Source: Candidatus Thorarchaeota archaeon
GTDB lineage: Archaea > Asgardarchaeota > Heimdallarchaeia > Hodarchaeales > Hodarchaeaceae
Assembly (NCBI GenBank): GCA_048882505.1
Contig: JBHLRO010000061.1
Span: 1-5,662 of the forward strand
DNA length: 5,662 bases
Direction: 5' to 3'
The notes beneath the pieces are model-generated. The model did no database searches. It was not told the origin of the DNA and saw only the letters and a program-made list of their open reading frames with translations. The position numbers and the translations under genes are program-made. This document shows positions 1 through 5,268 of this stretch, piece after piece; within the stretch, counting starts at the first letter, position 1; each line of letters opens with the position of its first letter.

Positions 1-187
1 GTCACAGAAGTAGTTCCTCATTAAAGAGGATTGAAATATAGAGGCAAAATATAGGGAAATCAAACTTGCTCTAAGGGTCACAGAAGTAGTTCCTCATTAA
101 AGAGGATTGAAATGTTGGATACATTGCTTTCTTTTCGGGATCGGCTTCTCGTCACAGAAGACGTTCCTCAGAATAGACGATTGAACT
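1..187 (+). CRISPR. CRISPR array 1 (trailer end): 37-bp repeat GTCACAGAAGTAGTTCCTCATTAAAGAGGATTGAAAT; repeats 1-37, 77-113, degenerate terminal repeat 151-187; spacers 38-76 (39 bp) and 114-150 (37 bp)
   Basis: Two identical 37-mers plus a third with 7 mismatches (T11A, A12C, T21G, T22A, A24T, G28C, A36C), separated by unique 37-39 bp spacers. Internal stem TCCTC/GAGGA with 6-nt loop and 3' ATTGAAAT end are typical of Cas6-processed class 1 repeats. Orientation is inferred from the ATTGAAAT end and the degenerate repeat on the right. The window starts exactly on a repeat, so the array may continue upstream. Confidence 0.93.
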
Positions 188-192
188 AATAA

Positions 193-238
193 TTCAACTA
201 TATGAGGGTTTTCACACCTTGAAAAAGATGAGGTTGAA
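193..238 (+). terminator. Possible trailer hairpin downstream of array 1
   Basis: Nested inverted repeats TTCAAC (193-198)/GTTGAA (233-238) and TTTTCA (209-214)/TGAAAA (220-225). No T-tract follows, so terminator function is a guess. Confidence 0.2.
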
Positions 239-300
239 GACGGGTGTCTCTGGTTAATTATTCAAACTGGATAAGTCAGTTGGAATCCATTCGAGTAATT

Positions 301-314
301 CGATACTTTAATAA
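301..314 (+). promoter_or_regulatory. Archaeal-type BRE/TATA promoter for vapBC
   Basis: CGATAC followed by TTTAATAA (307-314), 33 nt upstream of the vapB ATG at 348. Confidence 0.5.
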
Positions 315-319
315 ACCTA

Positions 320-333
320 TGTATACCTATACA
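320..333. promoter_or_regulatory. Palindromic operator candidate (VapB/VapBC autorepression)
   Basis: Perfect inverted repeat TGTATA-CC-TATACA between the TATA box and the start codon. Type II TA operons are generally autorepressed at such sites. Confidence 0.45.
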
Positions 334-347
334 CATATGGATATAAA

Positions 348-569
348 ATGGCACGTAATATTTCACTTAGTGAGGAAGCGTATGAAAAATTAAGCCAAAT
401 CAAACGGAACCATGAAAGTTTTAGCGATGTAATTCTTCGGTTACTCTCTCAAAAAAAGTCTTTGAGAGAGGTCGCAGGAAAGAACATACTCCCTGTGTCT
501 TTTTCCCTGAATACAGTCAAAGATCTTGGTTCTCAAACATTGAAGCGGTTGGAGCATGAAAGTCCTTGA
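348..569 (+). CDS. vapB: Archaeal VapB-type antitoxin (DUF217-like, 73 aa)
   Basis: N-terminus MARNISLSEEAYEKLSQIKRNHESFSDVILRLL matches the recognisable family pattern (xIxisdEaYerLkxxKxxxESFSdvIxRLl). It overlaps the downstream PIN gene by 14 bp. Confidence 0.88.
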   Translation: MARNISLSEEAYEKLSQIKRNHESFSDVILRLLSQKKSLREVAGKNILPVSFSLNTVKDLGSQTLKRLEHESP

Positions 570-963
570 TACCTCTGTTTTGATCGATATTGATCATAAT
601 ACTTATCCTTCTAGTCTTAATATCTTAAATCAAGAAGAAAGATTATTGGTTAGCAGTGTCTCCGTCTTTGAATTCTGGTGGGGGATCTGTAATCATTATC
701 AAGGTACTCTCCTCGCCCCTGAAGAGAAAGTATTAAGTTTCTATGAATTTTTTTCGGCCTTCGATGTCGTCCCTGTTACTTTTGAAATTTCCAAACTAGC
801 AGCCTCTTTTAGTGTTCAGTTAAAGTATGAGGGTCATCCAATTGACCTTCATGATTATTACATTGCTGCTACAGCCAAACTTTTCAATTCCCCTCTTGTG
901 ACCAAAAACATTCAGCATTTTAGTCGTCTAAATCAAATCAATGTCCTCGAGTGGCCACTCTAA
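556..963 (+). CDS. vapC: VapC PIN-domain ribonuclease toxin (135 aa)
   Basis: PIN motifs: VLDTSVLID (D5), VSVFE (E39), HDYYIAATA (D100), LVTKNIQHF (T116-x-N118, HF). Size is typical. GGAG precedes the ATG, which lies inside vapB. Confidence 0.92.
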   Translation: MKVLDTSVLIDIDHNTYPSSLNILNQEERLLVSSVSVFEFWWGICNHYQGTLLAPEEKVLSFYEFFSAFDVVPVTFEISKLAASFSVQLKYEGHPIDLHDYYIAATAKLFNSPLVTKNIQHFSRLNQINVLEWPL

Positions 964-977
964 GGCCTAATAAGAGA

Positions 978-985
978 TTTTTTTT
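978..985 (+). terminator. Oligo-T archaeal terminator candidate after vapC
   Basis: T8 run starting 15 nt after the vapC stop codon. Confidence 0.5.
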
Positions 986-1036
986 AATAGCCAAAGTGGT
1001 TTGAGCCTTGTCTTTGTTTTCCCCAAATAGTGAACC

Positions 1037-1044
1037 TATTAATT
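1037..1044 (+). promoter_or_regulatory. Possible TATA box for the mini-array
   Basis: TATTAATT ends 19 nt before the first repeat (1064) and lies downstream of the vapC T-tract. No convincing BRE, so weak. Confidence 0.25.
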
Positions 1045-1063
1045 CCTTGTCAATGTCAATTCT

Positions 1064-1251
1064 GTCCCAGAAGTAGTCCCTCAGTAAAGAGCATTGAAAT
1101 TGGAGAAAGAGAAGGAATGAGAGGGAAAGGCTCTATTGTCACAGAAGTAGTTCCCCATTCGAGAGGATTGAAATTTGCGAAAGGCGGCCTCCACCTGTTC
1201 CCGCACCTTTTTGGGTCATAGAAGTAGTTCCTCATTCGAGAGGATCCAAAT
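1064..1251 (+). CRISPR. CRISPR mini-array 2: degenerate repeats 1064-1100, 1138-1174, 1215-1251; spacers 1101-1137 (37 bp) and 1175-1214 (40 bp)
   Basis: Three 37-mers with 4, 3 and 5 mismatches to the array-1 repeat (A: A4C, T15C, T21G, G29C; B: T18C, A23C, A24G; C: C5T, A23C, A24G, T32C, G33C), normal spacer lengths, same strand as array 1. Confidence 0.9.
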
Positions 1252-1264
1252 ATCGAGGAAAAGA

Positions 1265-2725
1265 TCAGGAAGAGGATGAGGGAAGATTGTTGATATCGAC
1301 GAGAACAGGAAGCCTTGTGGCCACACCAGTGACATAGGCGGTGCCTGTAGGGATAAATGGGAGGAGTTTGGTCTCAGCGGTATCAATCAGATCAGAAGAC
1401 GGAAGAAGAGCTTCTACGTCGGTTTGGTTGTTATGTCGGAGGATAATCTTGGTGTTACACTGACCGATGGTGATCGGGTCGAGATTGCGGGTCATTTGGG
1501 TGACAATACCGAGACCTACACCAAACTTTCTCCCTTCACGGGCGACTTGTTGAATCATAGTGCCAGAATAAGAGGAGAAGTTCCGAGGCATAAATCGGTG
1601 CGCCTCTTCAATGAGGATAAAGACTGGGAGATGGAGTTGATTCTGGCGTCGGAAGATAAAGAGTTGACGAATCAGGTGGCCTGCAACGGTCCGACGAACA
1701 CGTTCGCGCATAGGAATGGAGAGATCTACTATGATAACCCTGCCAGGGTGGACCAGGGAGAGTAAGTCTATCTCGGCCCCAAAAATGCCGAGTTCTTGAA
1801 GGGTTAACAGGCGTCTTACGGCAGCGACAATGGAGTTGGTATGGAATTTCCAATGACGTCCTGTAGTCTGGATATTTTGCGTGAACATGTCGATAGTAAA
1901 ATCAGAGCCGTGCTCAAGATAAGCATCTCGATAGGCCAAGTGGATAAGATCTTCGGCAGCCCCCTTGATTCCAGCAATTTCATTGATTTGCTCAGGACTC
2001 AAGGCCGAGAACTGAATGGAAAACGGGATGCTTTGAGAAGGTTGAGAGGTAGTGGTTTGTGGACTTACGGTAATGATGTCAGTTTGCGACCTAGACTCTA
2101 ATTGAGGATTAGCCAAGGACAGAGATCGTTGAAAGAGGGAGTGATATTCGCCGTGTGTGTCTATGACAACTACGGGGAGACCTTTCTGGAGGATCCCGGT
2201 GACTACGATGGCGGCCGCGTGGGTTTTTCCTGAACCTGTACTGCCTACAACAAGTAGGTGTTCCTCCATCAAGGCACGCATATCCACGCTAAGTGGGAGT
2301 GAGGTGCCGTGTAGAACACCGATGGTTAATGAGGCGTTAGATGAGTCAAAGACATAGGATAAGGTGGACTGTGAGATCGGATAAACACTCTCACCTGGAT
2401 CAGGTGGAATCTCAGGAGGATTTGAAAGGGTATTTTTGACAACGCTGAGGATTTTTACTCGGGCATGCCGATAATTTTTGGTCTCAGTCATGTACCGATC
2501 CGCAACTTGTACACCGTCACTTAGAAGGGATTGAACAAAATTTAGATTCTCATAATAGATGTTCTGGGCCTGAATCTCTGTGATTTTACCAACAAAAACA
2601 AGGGTACCACTGGGAATTTCCACAAAGGTACCAACAGATGTTTCGACCTCGGCATCGAGCATGAAATGGAAGCCAAGGTGGTTAGGTGGGCGAGGTTTTG
2701 TGATAACGATCCCTAAACGCTGCAT
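1265..2725 (-). CDS. herA: HerA-family (HerA/FtsK-type, DUF87-like) ATPase/DNA translocase, 486 aa
   Basis: N-terminal HAS-barrel-like region (VGTFVEI...FVGKITEI), Walker A GSTGSGKT (161-168), VVVIDTHGEY, Walker B FILIEEAHRF (E373/E374), REGRKFGVGLGIVTQ (396-410), QCNTKIILR. Strong SD GGAGGAGG and a TAATG overlap with the upstream gene. Confidence 0.93.
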   Translation of the reverse strand: MQRLGIVITKPRPPNHLGFHFMLDAEVETSVGTFVEIPSGTLVFVGKITEIQAQNIYYENLNFVQSLLSDGVQVADRYMTETKNYRHARVKILSVVKNTLSNPPEIPPDPGESVYPISQSTLSYVFDSSNASLTIGVLHGTSLPLSVDMRALMEEHLLVVGSTGSGKTHAAAIVVTGILQKGLPVVVIDTHGEYHSLFQRSLSLANPQLESRSQTDIITVSPQTTTSQPSQSIPFSIQFSALSPEQINEIAGIKGAAEDLIHLAYRDAYLEHGSDFTIDMFTQNIQTTGRHWKFHTNSIVAAVRRLLTLQELGIFGAEIDLLSLVHPGRVIIVDLSIPMRERVRRTVAGHLIRQLFIFRRQNQLHLPVFILIEEAHRFMPRNFSSYSGTMIQQVAREGRKFGVGLGIVTQMTRNLDPITIGQCNTKIILRHNNQTDVEALLPSSDLIDTAETKLLPFIPTGTAYVTGVATRLPVLVDINNLPSSSS

Positions 2726-4221
2726 TATTCCTCCTCCAGATATTTACGCTGAAGATCTACCTCAAAATTCTCCTGGGCTTTGGCGAGCATGTGATTGATG
2801 CCGTAATGGATAGCGTTCGTGATTTCATCAGAGATCGTTCCTAATTTCTCCTGCGCAAAAACGTCTGCCTGATTGGTGACGCTGGGACCAGCCTCTCTGG
2901 GCTTCTGGGGGTGGAGCGTAAAGACAGGACGGAGATAGCGAAGGATTTGCTCGCGCTCAATAAGAGGGTTGTTAACAGAGTAGAATTCGATTTTTGCTAC
3001 ATCCTGCTTCTGACGGGTGTAGAATTCGTAAACTTGGGATAATTTAGGTTTCGACTTTTCTTTTACACGTTCGATGAGACACGTGACATCTAGGTCCGCC
3101 ATGATCTGTTTGAAGAAATTCAGATCATCCATCTGGCCGATATCTGCTTTTAGGAGGTTTTTAGATAATTTAAAGAACACATCATCACGTGGATGAACGG
3201 TCACCCCTACCAACAAGATGCCTTCCTTTCTAACTTTCCCAATTAACTCATAAAAAGCTTTCGTGGTTTGTTTTTGGAGGTTAGATAAGGTTTTCCCACG
3301 GACGATGAATCCATGAGGGGATAAGGCCCCTTTTTTGAAAATAATGGGCACCGCTTGGTTCGTTTTCCTTTCTTCAAACCATTCGGAGTTCAATAGATCA
3401 AGAATAGTTTGAATATGAAGTTGTTCACTTAAGAATCTAGATGCGATCGATCGGCCAGCCTGCAGGAGCTCTGGGAAATCATGATACATATCATAAAATG
3501 GGTCGACTCGTTGAAAAGGCTCTGTTCGGACGAATCGCTCAATTTGGGGCCGTGTTATAGCATAGGTCTCTCGAATATCGCGTTTATTCTTCTGAAAGAC
3601 CATGGCCACTCCAGATGCTGCCAGAAATGAAATGGTCATCAATGCGAAATCATAGATTCTGAGGATGTCAAGCTTATAGGTGGCGGCCGATCCCATTAGA
3701 ATAAAATCCTCCAATGGATCGGGTAAGTGAACGAGTGGCTGAACGAGTCTGTCCCCCAAGATGGAATCAACTCGATATTGACGAAGAAGGCTTAAATCAA
3801 TGTCTGCCACCTTTAAGGTTTTGACCTTGTCGCCGAGCGCCTCAGGAAATCGAAATACTCGCTCCATTTTCGTAAAGATCTGTTCCACCTTTGTTTGGAC
3901 TAGGTTAGGTTCACTGGTGGTGAGAGCGCTTTTCTTATTCAAGACTCTTTGCAAAATTGACGGTTGGATAAGGGACGGTGTGTTGAGGGGCGCAGGTTCC
4001 TCCACCACACTTAGGTTGAACGCGTATTTGTTATCCCCTTGGTATTGCAATACATCCAAGGTTAAAAGGTCGTTTACATATGTGCGAATCATACGGTCAG
4101 ATAGGTTGAGCTCGTTGACCAGATTTTTTGGATTGATAAATCCCTGTTCCAATGATAATCGATAACAAAGGTTAACGAGGACCTCTAACCTCGCCTCGTA
4201 CGTAGCACCTCGACGACCCAT
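2725..4221 (-). CDS. N-terminal winged-HTH fused to a divergent NurA-like (RNase H-fold) domain, predicted catalytically inactive, 498 aa
   Basis: Residues ~1-70 look like a wHTH (NPKNLVNELNLSDRMIRTYVNDLLTLDVLQYQGDNKY). The C-terminal part shows NurA motifs in the expected order: FILMGS (for avDGS), SEQLH, IIFKKGALSP (for llDGsl), GILLVGV, FYTRQKQDVAKIEF (for fYlk..vrvE), AGPSVTNQADVFA (for GYPxxLxxAHxxA). It is coupled to herA, the canonical NurA partner. The CDS itself is near certain; the domain call is less so. Confidence 0.75.
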   Translation of the reverse strand: MGRRGATYEARLEVLVNLCYRLSLEQGFINPKNLVNELNLSDRMIRTYVNDLLTLDVLQYQGDNKYAFNLSVVEEPAPLNTPSLIQPSILQRVLNKKSALTTSEPNLVQTKVEQIFTKMERVFRFPEALGDKVKTLKVADIDLSLLRQYRVDSILGDRLVQPLVHLPDPLEDFILMGSAATYKLDILRIYDFALMTISFLAASGVAMVFQKNKRDIRETYAITRPQIERFVRTEPFQRVDPFYDMYHDFPELLQAGRSIASRFLSEQLHIQTILDLLNSEWFEERKTNQAVPIIFKKGALSPHGFIVRGKTLSNLQKQTTKAFYELIGKVRKEGILLVGVTVHPRDDVFFKLSKNLLKADIGQMDDLNFFKQIMADLDVTCLIERVKEKSKPKLSQVYEFYTRQKQDVAKIEFYSVNNPLIEREQILRYLRPVFTLHPQKPREAGPSVTNQADVFAQEKLGTISDEITNAIHYGINHMLAKAQENFEVDLQRKYLEEE

Positions 4222-4260
4222 TAATATACCCCAAATCTGGCAATATATTTCCTAGATTAC

Positions 4261-4274
4261 TATAAATACTTTCG
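4261..4274 (-). promoter_or_regulatory. Archaeal BRE-TATA promoter for the NurA-like/herA operon
   Basis: Minus strand reads CGAAAGTA-TTTATA, 40 nt upstream of the ATG at 4221, with an SD-like GGGGT just before the start. Confidence 0.6.
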
Positions 4275-4334
4275 TTTTTATCTTTATGAACCACCCTTTC
4301 GAATTGCTATTTTTTTCGAGAAACATGTCATAAA

Positions 4335-4401
4335 CTAGACCAAGTTCCGTTTTATTGCCTCATCCATTCGAGGGAATTTGAAATGGAGCTGTTTGGTCTA
4401 G
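4335..4401. other. Long imperfect hairpin containing a CRISPR-repeat-like 3' half
   Basis: CTAGACCAA (4335-4343)/TTGGTCTAG (4393-4401) arms, further pairing AGTTCCGTTTT/GAAATGGAGCT with G-U pairs, and an apical CCTC/GAGG stem. 4364-4384 matches repeat B positions 18-37 at 18 of 20 with one gap. Confidence 0.4.
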
Positions 4402-4584
4402 ATTGAAGTCCAATTTTAGTTAGCGATGAGAGGTTTCAACACCACAGACATGCCTTCCCTTTGACGAGAATTAGAGAATCGAATAATCTTATTCATTTCT
4501 TCATTATCGGTGAGTTTTAGAAGGCCTTTCATCATACAAAAGATTCAAGCATCAATTCATGACACGGGAAGGATGGCTTGACGG

Positions 4585-4670
4585 CCCCTATGAGGGGTAA
4601 TTCATCTTATGGGAAGATGATTAGCAAGGATCGTCTGTTTTCCCTTTATTTTATTATTTTAATTTGATTT
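4585..4670 (+). other. Tandem hairpins followed by a T-rich tract (possible ncRNA 3' end or terminator)
   Basis: CCCCT-ATG-AGGGG (4585-4597) and TCATCTT-ATGGG-AAGATGA (4602-4620), then a T-rich run at about 4637-4670. Confidence 0.3.
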
Positions 4671-4864
4671 AGATGGTTTACTAGACAAAGATTACAGATT
4701 CGCAAGATTGGATAATTGAGTTTGTGCCGTTTCACCAGATAAAGAGCTACTATATCTCACTCCAATAATAAGTTGGCTTCTCTTTAATATGGTACCAGGA
4801 ATAAACCTTCTAATCGTTGATTTGTCTAGTGATGAGGTCAGCTACTCCTCGATCAATTTCCCTC

Positions 4865-5268
4865 ATGAAGATTCTCATGGTTGATGACAGACGCGATTTT
4901 TTTGGCCAAATTTGGGCCAATAACTTCGAGAGCCTGGAAATCAGTGAGGGAAGCCTTGTCAACCGCCACGATGCTGGGATACTTGGTACCAAGAACCCGC
5001 GCTCAGTTCAGTCCGGCCCCTGGAATCATCCGTAACACGTTAACCGTGACGTTCTGCTGGTGACCATGCGAGAATCGCCAACTTCATTAGCGAGAATGGG
5101 CCTGCAGACACTGATATTGAAATCGCGGAGTTCGTGTTAGAGCTTCTTAGGCTGGACGTAGAGGTAGTAACCAATGATATCTCCTCACCCTTCTTAATCC
5201 AATTTATGGTACGATACTTAGGGATTCCTCCAATGAGATCTCTCCAATTTTCCTTTAACTATCGTTAA
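4865..5268 (+). pseudogene. Possible frameshifted PIN-domain gene (~133 codons, two frameshifts)
   Basis: Removing one base near 4886 joins MKILMVD to TDAIFLAK..., a PIN-like first strand. The startless frame 5050-5268 encodes ...GPADTDIEIAEFVLELLRLDVEVVTNDI..., resembling the PIN C-terminal D and TxD motifs. The total span matches PIN size. The middle Glu is not evident. Confidence 0.35.

Noticed and set aside
1030-1221. 63-aa + ORF
   Set aside because: Runs through the mini-array repeats and spacers; no recognisable motif; a by-product of the array.
1424-2798. ORFs 1424-1765, 1608-1853, 1841-2101, 2157-2357, 2580-2798
   Set aside because: All lie mostly or wholly within herA, antisense or out of frame, with no motifs; shadow ORFs.
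3800-4165. 121-aa + ORF
   Set aside because: Antisense shadow of the wHTH/NurA-like gene.
4433-4477. Further repeat-like traces: 4441-4477 matches the consensus at 20 of 37 on +, and a GTCA...GTTGAAAC 33-mer lies on -
   Set aside because: A match this weak is expected by chance in 5.6 kb, and the 56-nt gap to the 4364-4384 element does not fit the 37-40 bp spacer length.
4778-4785. Short CTTCTCTTT-type complement to spacer 3
   Set aside because: Low-complexity 9-nt match with no extension.
4789-4884. 31-codon ORF MVPGINLLIVDLSSDEVSY..., faintly like an aldehyde:ferredoxin oxidoreductase N-terminus
   Set aside because: Too short, and no continuing similarity in any frame.
4810-4992. 60-aa - strand ORF
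   Set aside because: No motif or ribosome-binding site, and it overlaps the better-supported + strand remnant.
4817-5035. MKILMVDD read as a response-regulator receiver domain
   Set aside because: Nothing resembling the phospho-acceptor Asp motif or the later conserved Thr/Lys follows; a frameshifted PIN explains the segment better.
5113-5123. ATTGAAAT handle-like 8-mer
   Set aside because: The upstream 29 nt show no repeat similarity; chance match.
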